From Escherichia phage SM_A8, in the sequence record PP920553.1: a DNA stretch of 44,559 bases; one strand, written 5' to 3'. Position numbers and translations under genes: made by a program. Position 1 is the first letter of the stretch. The number at the start of each line of letters is the position of its first letter. Below, one piece after another: positions 26,882-35,968 of the stretch. The notes under the pieces are model-generated. The model saw only the letters and a list, made by a program, of their open reading frames with translations. It was not told where the DNA came from and searched no databases.

Positions 26882-27588
26882 TTTAAATTTTCCTCGTTAA
26901 CCGCTATCGCGAAGCCGCGCGGGGTGAGTGAGCGGATTAATTTTGTACGAGCGGATTTACCACCGAGGCGACTATACTGCTTCGAGTACCCTTTTTCAAC
27001 GAAAACAGGTTTCTTCTCGGGCATACGGAAGCCGTTTCCAGTCCATAAGCAGGTCAGCTTCGGATATGAATCGCGGGCGTTGATGTATTCAGGGAAGAGC
27101 GGGTGTACGTCATCCTCTGGCAGATATCCGCCATACTCCCACGGGTCAAACGAGTGGTCCGGCTTACGCCACTGGGTGGAAAGCACGCTGCGCGGATTCT
27201 CAATCATATATGGCACTTCGAAGAAATCACCCAGGTAAGCTGCGATCTTCGCGGTGCGCACCGCCTTAAGCTGGAAGGCAGGGTCGCGGGCGCGTTTGCG
27301 CGGGAAAGCTGGCGCACCGCTAACCGCCAGATCCGTACACGGCGGGAATGCGTAAATGATATCCGGCGTGCCGAAATCGCCATTCATCGCGCGATCCACG
27401 AAGTCCAGGTCGATAAACTCATTACGATAGCGAATGCCGCGGCCATAGATCCGGTAGTCCAGGTAAGACCCGTGATCGGCTTCGGAGTAGTTGAAGCAAT
27501 AACACTTATGCCCCATCTCGGCAGCACGCTCAATCATCAAGCCGCTGCCGTCAAACAATGACCAGATTGTCATTTTAGCAATAGTCAT
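26878..27588 (-). CDS. cytosine-C5 methyltransferase-like protein (short)
   Basis: motif I-like LFDGSGL, motif IV-like FPPCTDLAVSG (PC motif), motif VI-like ENP; only 236 aa so the target recognition region may be minimal. Confidence 0.5.
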   Translation of the reverse strand: MTIAKMTIWSLFDGSGLMIERAAEMGHKCYCFNYSEADHGSYLDYRIYGRGIRYRNEFIDLDFVDRAMNGDFGTPDIIYAFPPCTDLAVSGAPAFPRKRARDPAFQLKAVRTAKIAAYLGDFFEVPYMIENPRSVLSTQWRKPDHSFDPWEYGGYLPEDDVHPLFPEYINARDSYPKLTCLWTGNGFRMPEKKPVFVEKGYSKQYSRLGGKSARTKLIRSLTPRGFAIAVNEENLK

Positions 27589-29009
27589 TTGCGCGCCTTT
27601 TTAGCTTTCATGTATTCCATTAAATCGTCCTGTATATCTCGCTTACTGTCGCGACGTTCGGCGACCAGTTCATCCAGTGTGCCGCGCGCCTGGATAATGT
27701 AGACGAATACCGGACGAGGGTGCCCAGCTTGCATCTGGCGGACAGGCCCGATACGTTCCACGATCTGCGCAAAGTGCTCATAGTTCCAGGTGTCGGAAAA
27801 GATAGCAAGGTGGTGTCCCCCATCCTGCAAGTTAAGGCCGTGACCCGCCGATGCCGGGTGCGCGAACATGATGGGGATCTCGCCCCTGTTCCACGCTTCC
27901 ATATCCTTATTGCCCTGCTTTCCTTTACCCAACGCGACGCCGTGCGGGAATTTCTTCTTAAGACGTGCTAAGTCATGCTTGTACTGGTATGCGACGAGCA
28001 ACGGCGCGCCGTTCAACTCCTCCACGATACTTTCCAGCGCGTCCAGTTTAGCGTCGTGGATTTTAACCCATTCGTCGGTGCGCTCGCCGTCTTCGTCGAC
28101 CTTATACACGGCCCCGGAAGCAAGCTGAAGGCACTTAATAGTCTTCGAAGCAGCGTTCGCCGCCTCCACCGTTCCGCTTTCCAGTTCGGCAAATAGCTCC
28201 GCCTCAAACTGGTCATAAATCTTGCGGGCTTTCTTCGGCAGGTCCACAACAACCGGCGTATAGATTGGCTTGTCACACCCGAAGTATTCAGCCGCATCAA
28301 CGGTGAGCGACACGTCGGACAGGCGTTGTTGTATTTCCTTCTCGGAGTTTTTTAGCGGGGCGTGCTGCATAGTGAAGCTGCCAGGCTTAACCGGCTTGCT
28401 AATAAACCAGCGGTCTGTGAATGCCTTATAACTACTGCCGAGGCGTTCGCCACCGTCGACAAACCACGTCTGACCCCACAGGTCTTTCAGTCCGTTTGGT
28501 GCGGGTGTGCCGGTTAGGTTAATCCAGCGCTTGACGTGCTTATGTGCAATAGCCGCCAGTGCGCGAGCGCGCTTGCTGCCTTGCTTGCTGCGGTAGCCTT
28601 TCAGCTTAGTGGATTCATCGGCAACAACGACCGTAAAGGGCCACTCGTCGCCGCAATACTCTACAAGCCACTCAACCACATCATAGTTAACGCAAACCAC
28701 GTTAGCGTCGCTCTCCAGCGCTGCAATGCGGTCCTTCTCTGGACCAGTGCCGTCTACTACCAGCAGGGCTGGGAAGCGCCATTTCTCCTGCTCCGGGGGC
28801 CAGGTGCCGGACGCAACGCGCAGCGGGGCCAGCACCAGTACGCGGTCCTCCTGGTTGGACAGGATACCCGTCTGGAACATTTTATTCAGCGCCCACATAG
28901 TCGCGCCGGTTTTACCCGACCCCATTGTCGCCCATATATTGCATCGCTTATGCTTGAGGATGAACGCGGTTATCAACTTCTGATATTCGCGACGTCGGAA
29001 ACGTGCCAT
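27585..29009 (-). CDS. SNF2-family (superfamily 2) DNA helicase
   Basis: start at MARFRRR (ATG 29009, RBS AAGGCGGAA); Walker A ATMGSGKTG, DExx box VVADEST, SNF2 motif LTGTPAPNG. Confidence 0.75.
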   Translation of the reverse strand: MARFRRREYQKLITAFILKHKRCNIWATMGSGKTGATMWALNKMFQTGILSNQEDRVLVLAPLRVASGTWPPEQEKWRFPALLVVDGTGPEKDRIAALESDANVVCVNYDVVEWLVEYCGDEWPFTVVVADESTKLKGYRSKQGSKRARALAAIAHKHVKRWINLTGTPAPNGLKDLWGQTWFVDGGERLGSSYKAFTDRWFISKPVKPGSFTMQHAPLKNSEKEIQQRLSDVSLTVDAAEYFGCDKPIYTPVVVDLPKKARKIYDQFEAELFAELESGTVEAANAASKTIKCLQLASGAVYKVDEDGERTDEWVKIHDAKLDALESIVEELNGAPLLVAYQYKHDLARLKKKFPHGVALGKGKQGNKDMEAWNRGEIPIMFAHPASAGHGLNLQDGGHHLAIFSDTWNYEHFAQIVERIGPVRQMQAGHPRPVFVYIIQARGTLDELVAERRDSKRDIQDDLMEYMKAKKARK

Positions 29010-29013
29010 TTCT

Positions 29014-29232
29014 TTATTCCGCCTTTTTCCAGACTTCGGTTTCACTGTTCCAGTTCCTTTTTGTGGCGTCGTAGTTGGTGCGGTGACCGATGTGCACACC
29101 CGTCGCCCGGAAGCTCTTAAATTTTTGCCAGCATACCGTCAACGGCAGCGGGTCATTCAGTCCCGCAATAAACCATACGCGATCGCCTGGTTTACATTCG
29201 CCCAGCTTGGTGAGTCGGTAATGTTCTTTCAT
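29014..29232 (-). CDS. hypothetical protein
   Basis: ATG 29232 with GGGAG RBS; stop 4 nt upstream of helicase start. Confidence 0.45.
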   Translation of the reverse strand: MKEHYRLTKLGECKPGDRVWFIAGLNDPLPLTVCWQKFKSFRATGVHIGHRTNYDATKRNWNSETEVWKKAE

Positions 29233-29275
29233 CGTCATGTCTCCCAAAAATGGCGGGACAAGCCCGCCGTATTGA

Positions 29276-29449
29276 TTATTCTTGTTCTGCGCGATAGCGG
29301 CGCTGCCGTTCGCGCTCTTTCTTATTGCGGCACGATTTGCACTCAGCCCGATGACCGTCTGGACTTCGCGCAGTCTTACCGGTGTATTTGTGGAACTGGG
29401 ACAGCGGCTTGATGCAGCCGCAATTACTACAACGTTTTTCTTCAATCAT
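29276..29449 (-). CDS. small zinc-ribbon protein
   Basis: 57 aa with CxxC ... CxxC (CSNCGC ... CKSC); GAGGA RBS. Confidence 0.45.
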   Translation of the reverse strand: MIEEKRCSNCGCIKPLSQFHKYTGKTARSPDGHRAECKSCRNKKERERQRRYRAEQE

Positions 29450-29489
29450 TTCTAAAATCCTCGGTAGTGCTATCCGGCACACTATACCG

Positions 29490-29768
29490 CTACGCGACCA
29501 ATTCAGCAACCAATAAATCACAGTCGGCTATGTTGTCGATAACGCGAACGTCAGCACCGCGGCGGGCCATTCGCTCGTGCTCACGTACCTGGTGCGGCTT
29601 CGGTTTTCCTCCGGGGCGCTTCACTTCGACGAACACTATTTTGCCGTTGATGATAATAATCAGGTCGGGCGCACCTGCGCGCCCCTCCCATGCCAGTTTT
29701 CGGCAGAATCCGCCTACCTCTTTCACCCGTCGCATCAGGTGATTTTGCACCTTGCCTTCTGGTGTCAT
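29490..29768 (-). CDS. VRR-NUC domain nuclease
   Basis: PD-(D/E)XK pattern: GAPDLIIII ... EVKRPGGK ... Q; ATGA-coupled to upstream HNH gene. Confidence 0.6.
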   Translation of the reverse strand: MTPEGKVQNHLMRRVKEVGGFCRKLAWEGRAGAPDLIIIINGKIVFVEVKRPGGKPKPHQVREHERMARRGADVRVIDNIADCDLLVAELVA

Positions 29769-30367
29769 TGTCGGCTTTTCCTTACGGCAGCGATGGCAGG
29801 TCCGATAAACTTCTTCATTTCGTCCGGGGTAAACCGGTCCCCGCGGGCTATGTTGCACTCTACGCAGCACGGCACGCAGTTATCTTTCGTATGGCCTACT
29901 GCGTTGTCGAGTCGGTCCGCGCCATTGTCGCCGGTGAATCCGCAGTATGCGCATGGTTGAGAAGTAAGGCGTAGCACGTCCTCGGTGGTTAGGTCGGTGT
30001 TTAACCCCTTCCTTTCGTCCGCCTTACGGTACTGAAAGAGCTTATAGTAAGCTCGGATCTCTGGTGTCCGGCGGTTGTACTCACGGCGGGACTTATTAGA
30101 GCACGACCGGCATTCTTTACAAATGTGTGACTGGCTTGCCCTGTTTCCGGGCCGGAAGTTTTCCGGCGTAAGCGGCTTGCGTTCCCCGCACTGACGGCAC
30201 GTTACGATCTCCCCGGTATACTCTCGCCATACTTCGCGCGGCGGCGCTCCTCTTTCCTTATCTCGTCTCTCTTTCTTATACGACGCCATGCATTTGGCGC
30301 ACCACGACTGACCCTTGTTGAAAGCGGACTCGTCTTTATCCGTATTACAACGCCCACAATGTTTCAT
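29765..30367 (-). CDS. HNH endonuclease with N-terminal zinc-ribbon repeats
   Basis: several CxxC pairs, then C-terminal HNH motif DRLDNAVGHTKDNCVPCCVECNIARG. Confidence 0.6.
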   Translation of the reverse strand: MKHCGRCNTDKDESAFNKGQSWCAKCMASYKKERRDKERGAPPREVWREYTGEIVTCRQCGERKPLTPENFRPGNRASQSHICKECRSCSNKSRREYNRRTPEIRAYYKLFQYRKADERKGLNTDLTTEDVLRLTSQPCAYCGFTGDNGADRLDNAVGHTKDNCVPCCVECNIARGDRFTPDEMKKFIGPAIAAVRKSRQ

Positions 30368-30434
30368 ATACACCCCCGAAAAAGAAAACGCCAGACAATA
30401 TTGCCCGACGTTTCCGCTAAAAGCAACATTTCCG

Positions 30435-32726
30435 CTACTTGCGGTATCGATACATACAATCACCTTCGGCGGCAAGTGGGAAGCCTTTCGCCCAAATAGG
30501 CAGGTCGCACATCAGCGCGCAAAGCTCCTCTGTCGTGTAGTCGTCGGTGTCCGGCACTTCTGTGATCAATTCATCATGCACCGATAGAACGATTTCATAG
30601 CCCGCAGCTTCAACGCCAGGCATTGACCAGGCGAGAATATCACGGCACAACGCCTGTACTATGTTCTCCGTCAGTTTGCCGCCGTAGGTATACTGGAAGC
30701 CCCACTGGCGCGTCGTCTGATTCTCGCCCTGATATTTAATGCGTGTGCTGGTGCGCTTCTTGCCGGTGTCTTCGTCAATCTCGGTCGTGACAGACAGCGC
30801 GATGCCCGGGTAGCTCATGATGCGCCCCGACGGCAACTCAATTTTCAACCACCACCCCGCGGCGTTCGGGTCGTCGCGCTCCTCGTCAAAGGTTGGGTCG
30901 TGCTTCGCCTTCGTACGGACAATCTTGAGCGCTTTTCTACCGTCCGGGCGAACGTTCGCACCAGCCCAGTATGCTTTGCCCGGATTGCGGATTGCACACA
31001 ACACCGCGTCCTCAAGCTCGGCCCAAAATGCTACCGTCTTCGGGTGAGCCTCACGCCACATACGTTTGATCGCGTCACAAGTCAGCCATACGTTTTTCGG
31101 CAGTATGTATGTTGGACGCTCGTCTTTCTTGCCTGGCTTCGGCGGGCGTTTCGCTTCGTTAATACGAGCGTATTCATAACCGCGTTTCGCCGCCGCCCAA
31201 ATGTGATCGGGGAATGTGCCCTTCATCACGTCCGCCATAGTGTAAAGGTCGAGGCCCAGGTTTTTAGCGAACTGCAAGAACGCCGCGACTCCGCCACCAT
31301 AGCCCAGTCCCAATTCGCACGCCTTACCGATCTGGCGTAAGTCCTTGCGGTTGGCTTTAATGTAGTCCGGGTCCAGGCCGAACATCTTACCGGCAGTCTC
31401 ACAATAGATATCGCGACCGGCCATAAACACCATTAGCGCGGTTTTCTCGCCCGCGATCCAGGCAAGTCCACGCCCTTCCACGTTGGAGAAGTCCGCTACG
31501 ACAAACTTCTTACCCTTAGCCGGAATAATGCACCCGCGAACGGTCGAGGCCGTTAACTTCGATATGTCATACGCCCAGTGTGCAGTCCCGCGTAACAGGG
31601 AGTTGATGCCGTTGGTGAGCATGTGCGACCGCACCCAATAAGAAACGTCGCTCTCGCCATCACGGCGCTTAATCTTCCCTTCGTGGTCGTCGCTATACTC
31701 GCCGCGTGCCAGGTTTTGCGGCTGGAAGCCCTTACCGGCCCAGCGTAGCGTGCGCTTTGCCCCACCATACTGAAGACAACCACGGCGGCGACCATCGGCG
31801 GACAGGCCATTGACAAGCGGATTGTATTTAGTAGATGCCGTTGATGACGCACCGAGGCGCATTTCGATAAGCGCTTTGCCTTCGTCGGGGAAATCCGGGT
31901 CTTCAAGCAGGTCGTTAAGTGTGGATTTCTGCGCGTTGTGGATCGTGAACGCCGGGGCGATATCACGCAGGATTGGCAGGAAGTCATTGCCGGTCAGCTT
32001 ACCGCCAAATCGCTCCCAGGCTTCTTCCTTCAATTCTTCCTTATGCGCCTGCACCGCTTTGATCGCGGCGTTCGCCAGGTCAACGTCCACATAGAAGCCG
32101 CGGTCGTTGATCAACTGGTCGATAAGCAGGATTTCATCTTCCTTCGGAGTATTACCCCAGTCCGGTATGCGCCAGTAGACTTCACGCATTGCGATAATAT
32201 CCAGCGCGGCATAGCGCAGAAATTTGGCCCACTCTTCTGGGTGAGTCTCGCGAGTGTAGCGGCGGATTTTGTAGGTCTTAGGGGTAGGCTTACAGAATCG
32301 TTTAATCAGCGCCTTGCCTGCCTTATCCTTCGCGTGCTCTGCGTCAACGCCCAGCACCTGGCACTGCATATCGAGGCTGCCGGGGAGAGCGTGGCGAAAG
32401 GCCATAATCATGGTGTCTTCGATCTGGCTTACCGGCAGGTCAATACCCCACTTCTCGCGAATGACCAGGCGGTCAAACAGGAGGCCGTTAGCCATCACTA
32501 TTTTTGCTTTCTTGCGGGATACCCTGCGGAGCGCCTTGCGCAGTTCACGCGGCATTGTTGGGGACTCGGTGCAATCCCATGTCTGCACGCGGCCCTCATC
32601 GATGGCGTAGGTGCAAATCATAATCTCGGTGGTTGGGTGCTCTGCGTAGGCATATGCGCCCACTTTCTTCAGATCCACCCCGCTAAATGTCTCGGTATCG
32701 AGAAAAAGTCGTTCGAAGTCTTTCAT
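30435..32726 (-). CDS. family A DNA polymerase (Pol I-like) with 3-5 exonuclease domain
   Basis: Exo I motif FLDTETFSG, O-helix-like RQIGKACELGLGYGGG, motif C SVHDE; 763 aa. Confidence 0.85.
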   Translation of the reverse strand: MKDFERLFLDTETFSGVDLKKVGAYAYAEHPTTEIMICTYAIDEGRVQTWDCTESPTMPRELRKALRRVSRKKAKIVMANGLLFDRLVIREKWGIDLPVSQIEDTMIMAFRHALPGSLDMQCQVLGVDAEHAKDKAGKALIKRFCKPTPKTYKIRRYTRETHPEEWAKFLRYAALDIIAMREVYWRIPDWGNTPKEDEILLIDQLINDRGFYVDVDLANAAIKAVQAHKEELKEEAWERFGGKLTGNDFLPILRDIAPAFTIHNAQKSTLNDLLEDPDFPDEGKALIEMRLGASSTASTKYNPLVNGLSADGRRRGCLQYGGAKRTLRWAGKGFQPQNLARGEYSDDHEGKIKRRDGESDVSYWVRSHMLTNGINSLLRGTAHWAYDISKLTASTVRGCIIPAKGKKFVVADFSNVEGRGLAWIAGEKTALMVFMAGRDIYCETAGKMFGLDPDYIKANRKDLRQIGKACELGLGYGGGVAAFLQFAKNLGLDLYTMADVMKGTFPDHIWAAAKRGYEYARINEAKRPPKPGKKDERPTYILPKNVWLTCDAIKRMWREAHPKTVAFWAELEDAVLCAIRNPGKAYWAGANVRPDGRKALKIVRTKAKHDPTFDEERDDPNAAGWWLKIELPSGRIMSYPGIALSVTTEIDEDTGKKRTSTRIKYQGENQTTRQWGFQYTYGGKLTENIVQALCRDILAWSMPGVEAAGYEIVLSVHDELITEVPDTDDYTTEELCALMCDLPIWAKGFPLAAEGDCMYRYRK

Positions 32727-32893
32727 TGCTTTATCCTCACTACGGCGTCAGCGCTGCCGATCATGGAGAAGATACCGTCGGAAAGGGTTATCTCCTCGCC
32801 GTTGTTACGAACCTCGGCAACGGTGAAATACTCGCCCAGCAGTTTAGACCATACCTGCATTCCGACTTTTACTTCGCTGGCTTTAATGCGCAT
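32723..32893 (-). CDS. small hypothetical protein coupled to DNA polymerase
   Basis: 56-aa ORF (MRIKASEVKVGMQVWSKLLGEY...) not in the ORF track; its stop overlaps the polymerase ATG (ATGA). Confidence 0.4.
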   Translation of the reverse strand: MRIKASEVKVGMQVWSKLLGEYFTVAEVRNNGEEITLSDGIFSMIGSADAVVRIKQ

Positions 32894-32951
32894 TTTTCAT
32901 TGTCCTATTAAAAAGCCCGCATTAAGCGGGCTTGAATAGTGGGCTTTGCCC

Positions 32952-33734
32952 TTAACGGCGGCGACGTTTACGTGGTGCTTCGTCTTCGTCGTCGTCCTCA
33001 TCTTCGTCATCGCGTGGCTTACGACGTTTGCGAGGTTTTTCATCTTCCTCATCGTCGTCGTCATCGCGGCGCTTGGATTTCTTGGACTTGCGCGGCTTGT
33101 CATCTTCATCATCGTCATCACGACGTTTTGACTTTTTGGACTTGCGCGGTGCTTCGTCTTCGTCGTCGTTGTCCAGGTCTTCATCGGAGCAAGAAGACCC
33201 GCCACCTCCGAAGGCTTCGCCGTCTTCACGGAATCGCAGACCCAGCAAGCCAGCACCGAGTCCCTTGCCGTTGGTATTGTTCCACGCCCAAATATCCAGG
33301 GACACATTGCAATAACAACCGGAGTAGATCTCCTGGCCTTCAATCTCGTCGCCGTCGATGGTCAGACCTTGTTCAGTCTGCTTCTCGCCGAGTGACGTTT
33401 GAATGATTGGTTGTTTGAACGATTTGGCGTTGATGTACAACATGCCTTCAAATTCTTCGGTTACTTCGTCACGCTCGTCACCGTCGCGAACTGCGCATTC
33501 CTTAGAATCCTGGGCGTAGTGGCGGTCCATCCACTTATCAGCATTCTTCTCGGATTTCAGCTTGTCGGTGAGCACTGCGCGCGCTGCCGCTTCCACTTTG
33601 TCCACCTGCGGATCTTCTTTATCAAGAAGAATCACTGCACGGTATGCCGGTTTTTGTCCATCCTGTTTAGGGGTATCACGTTCCCAAATTTTAAGGAAAC
33701 ATACGCGCACATTTTTCAGGTTGACTTTAGCCAT
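32952..33734 (-). CDS. hypothetical protein with repetitive charged C-terminal tail (possible ssDNA-binding protein)
   Basis: ATG 33734 with GAGGA RBS; N-terminus MAKVNLKNVRVCF; C-terminal alternating poly-D/E and PRKSKKSKRR blocks from tandem DNA repeats. Confidence 0.5.
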   Translation of the reverse strand: MAKVNLKNVRVCFLKIWERDTPKQDGQKPAYRAVILLDKEDPQVDKVEAAARAVLTDKLKSEKNADKWMDRHYAQDSKECAVRDGDERDEVTEEFEGMLYINAKSFKQPIIQTSLGEKQTEQGLTIDGDEIEGQEIYSGCYCNVSLDIWAWNNTNGKGLGAGLLGLRFREDGEAFGGGGSSCSDEDLDNDDEDEAPRKSKKSKRRDDDDEDDKPRKSKKSKRRDDDDDEEDEKPRKRRKPRDDEDEDDDEDEAPRKRRRR

Positions 33735-33798
33735 TTTCCAATTCCTCATTTTCACATATATCGGGGTTATTATGAGCCACCCCGTTCGGCTTGGTTGC

Positions 33799-33827
33799 TA
33801 ATCTACTTGGTTGCGCCTGATCGGTCA
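33799..33827 (-). promoter_or_regulatory. sigma70-like promoter for SSB-like gene
   Basis: minus-sense TTGACC-N17-TAGATT with GCAACCAA copies in the spacer and just after the -10. Confidence 0.45.
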
Positions 33828-34067
33828 AGCATTTTCATTAAAAAGATTTCTGGTCACGTAGTTGGTAGCGTTCTCGATCCAGCTTAACGGCGGGCGGTCG
33901 ATGTTCTTCTCCACCCAGTCGACGGCAGCGTCACTATATCCGTTGTCAAGCCAGCGGGTCGGATGGCGAATCATCCACGCCACCATTAACACGCCTTGCA
34001 CGCAATGCAGGATAAAGCCCAGCGCTCCGAGCAAAAACATCAATAAGATTGCGAATACTTTATTCAT
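33825..34067 (-). CDS. small membrane protein
   Basis: 80 aa with N-terminal hydrophobic segment AILLMFLLGALGFILHCVQGVLMVAWM. Confidence 0.45.
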   Translation of the reverse strand: MNKVFAILLMFLLGALGFILHCVQGVLMVAWMIRHPTRWLDNGYSDAAVDWVEKNIDRPPLSWIENATNYVTRNLFNENA

Positions 34068-35490
34068 TGCTTAAGTCCTCGTCAGTAGCTACAGACCACG
34101 CAGGGCGCGGGTCGTCAATTGGTGCTAATACCGGTTTAGCCGGTGCGCGCGTGATTTTATCACACAGCTTCGCCCACACTTTCGGCTTCTCGTCCTTCAG
34201 TACCTTCTCGGCATCCGTAGGACTGAGCAATGTTTCTTTGTACATCACATCGCGCTTGATCCGGGCCTTCGTGAAGATTTCTATCACTTCTCTCTCGTCC
34301 GCCCACTTCCGGATCCCTTCCTTACCGGCAACCATCTTGAGGCCCAGCGATTCGCCATCCCCCGCCATTACCGCTTTGAATACCGCGGACTCGATAGCTT
34401 TGATGTGCTGGCGCATTGCGTCCAGGCCTTCATAAGCCTTGCGCAGTTCTGCGGCGGTCATAGCGCCGGGGGCCGCTTCTTTCTTGCCACGCTTCGCACG
34501 TCGGGCCGCCTTCCGGGCTTCGCGGGCCATATTGCGGTCGTGATTGGCGCATTCTTCCTCGGTCGCCACGCTCACGTCGTCGCCCAGGTCTTCGTCGGTT
34601 GCCGTTGGAGGTGTCATCGTGTCGATTGCGGCCTTAGCGCGGGCACTACACTGATCCGCAAATCGACACCACTGGCACGCATCAACGCTGGGCCGGAAGT
34701 CTGCGCGGGTGAGTCCCTTCTTGCCTCGGGAATACGCCTCCAGTGCGGCAATAGCGCGCTTGGATGCAAACTTCGCGAATATCTCCAGCGCTTCTACCGA
34801 AATATCCCACTCCGACGCCCCGCCGCAATACGGCTGGAAGATAACCAGGCGAACGGTCGTAATGTCGTACATAGTTTGCAGCTTGCGTAGCAGGCCGAGC
34901 GCGTACAACATAAGCTGTTTGTTTTCTTTCGCCTCGACCTTATGCCGCCCGGTCTTCAGGTCGCCAACAATCAGCATGTACGTTCCATCGGTCTTTTTCA
35001 TGACCATGACCATATCGGCGGTACCGAACGTTTTAATCCTGTTGCCGTCGATCTCGTAGCCTGAGTGAAGGACGCGGGTCAGATCGGCGCGCATCTCAAG
35101 CTGGACAAACTCTGCCACTTCGAGGAGCGGTCGCCAGTGGTCGATGTACGCGTCGCACTGTTTCACCATATCGTCGTTGACAAGTACGCCGCCTTTCGGT
35201 GCTTTCGGGTGTGCCTTTACTGGCCCCTTTCCTTCGTTCTCGACGTAACACCCTTTATACGTCTTTGCGGTTATCAGCTTTTCACCGGCGATAATGCGGT
35301 TTAGCACGACTTCAGATACGGTGTGCATACTCGTACCGTTAATCGCGGCTTGCCCGGATTCGTTCGGGATACCTTGTTCTACCACCAGGGCGGCGGGGCA
35401 ACCCATCCATTTTTTAGCACCGGACGGGCCGAGTAATGAGTGTTCCGTGTTGCTACCGGATTGCGTTTTACGTTTTGGTTTAATCGCCAT
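34060..35490 (-). CDS. RecB/Cas4-like exonuclease (PD-(D/E)XK nuclease with Cys cluster)
   Basis: 476 aa; cysteine cluster CQWCRFADQC typical of Cas4/AddB-type nucleases; charged C-terminal region. Confidence 0.6.
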   Translation of the reverse strand: MAIKPKRKTQSGSNTEHSLLGPSGAKKWMGCPAALVVEQGIPNESGQAAINGTSMHTVSEVVLNRIIAGEKLITAKTYKGCYVENEGKGPVKAHPKAPKGGVLVNDDMVKQCDAYIDHWRPLLEVAEFVQLEMRADLTRVLHSGYEIDGNRIKTFGTADMVMVMKKTDGTYMLIVGDLKTGRHKVEAKENKQLMLYALGLLRKLQTMYDITTVRLVIFQPYCGGASEWDISVEALEIFAKFASKRAIAALEAYSRGKKGLTRADFRPSVDACQWCRFADQCSARAKAAIDTMTPPTATDEDLGDDVSVATEEECANHDRNMAREARKAARRAKRGKKEAAPGAMTAAELRKAYEGLDAMRQHIKAIESAVFKAVMAGDGESLGLKMVAGKEGIRKWADEREVIEIFTKARIKRDVMYKETLLSPTDAEKVLKDEKPKVWAKLCDKITRAPAKPVLAPIDDPRPAWSVATDEDLSNE

Positions 35491-35669
35491 TATTCCACCC
35501 GTGTAAACTGGACAATTACATATTTCACATTAGCCAGGCCCGCTTTTTCGACTCGGCGCTTAACTTCATTTTGCGCGTCCACAAAGCAATTGCTTGCGTT
35601 GGTGTTTTCAACAATAAAAGAAGTGTGATCGTTTAATTCGTGGCAAGTTGCCATGACGAAGAATTTCAT
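35490..35669 (-). CDS. hypothetical protein
   Basis: 59-aa product from ATG 35669 within track ORF 35490..35750. Confidence 0.4.
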   Translation of the reverse strand: MKFFVMATCHELNDHTSFIVENTNASNCFVDAQNEVKRRVEKAGLANVKYVIVQFTRVE

Positions 35670-35920
35670 TATTTTGTCTCCCAGCGGTCGATTGTTTTTG
35701 CTTCGGATGCAACTGCGAAGCGAACATATTCCAGATTTGAATCCGCCCAAATATAAAAGTCGGGATTAATAAAGGTGGTGCGCTTGATTTGCGCGGGGGT
35801 GTTGCGGCGTTTGTCTATTACGGCAACGCGCGATTGAAAGCTGCCGATGCGTTCGAATAGCCAATAATAAGGGCGTTGGTCGCGTGAATCCACCGCCTCG
35901 ATTAGCGTGAAGCGTGCCAT
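35669..35920 (-). CDS. hypothetical protein
   Basis: 83-aa ORF; no motif recognised. Confidence 0.45.
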   Translation of the reverse strand: MARFTLIEAVDSRDQRPYYWLFERIGSFQSRVAVIDKRRNTPAQIKRTTFINPDFYIWADSNLEYVRFAVASEAKTIDRWETK

Positions 35921-35930
35921 TGTCTCGTCC

Positions 35931-35960
35931 TCTAAAAAGAGGCCCGCTAATCTGCGGGCC
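35931..35960 (-). terminator. intrinsic terminator after first leftward early gene
   Basis: minus-sense GGCCCGCAGATTAGCGGGCC followed by TCTTTTT. Confidence 0.5.
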
Positions 35961-35968
35961 GGAATATA

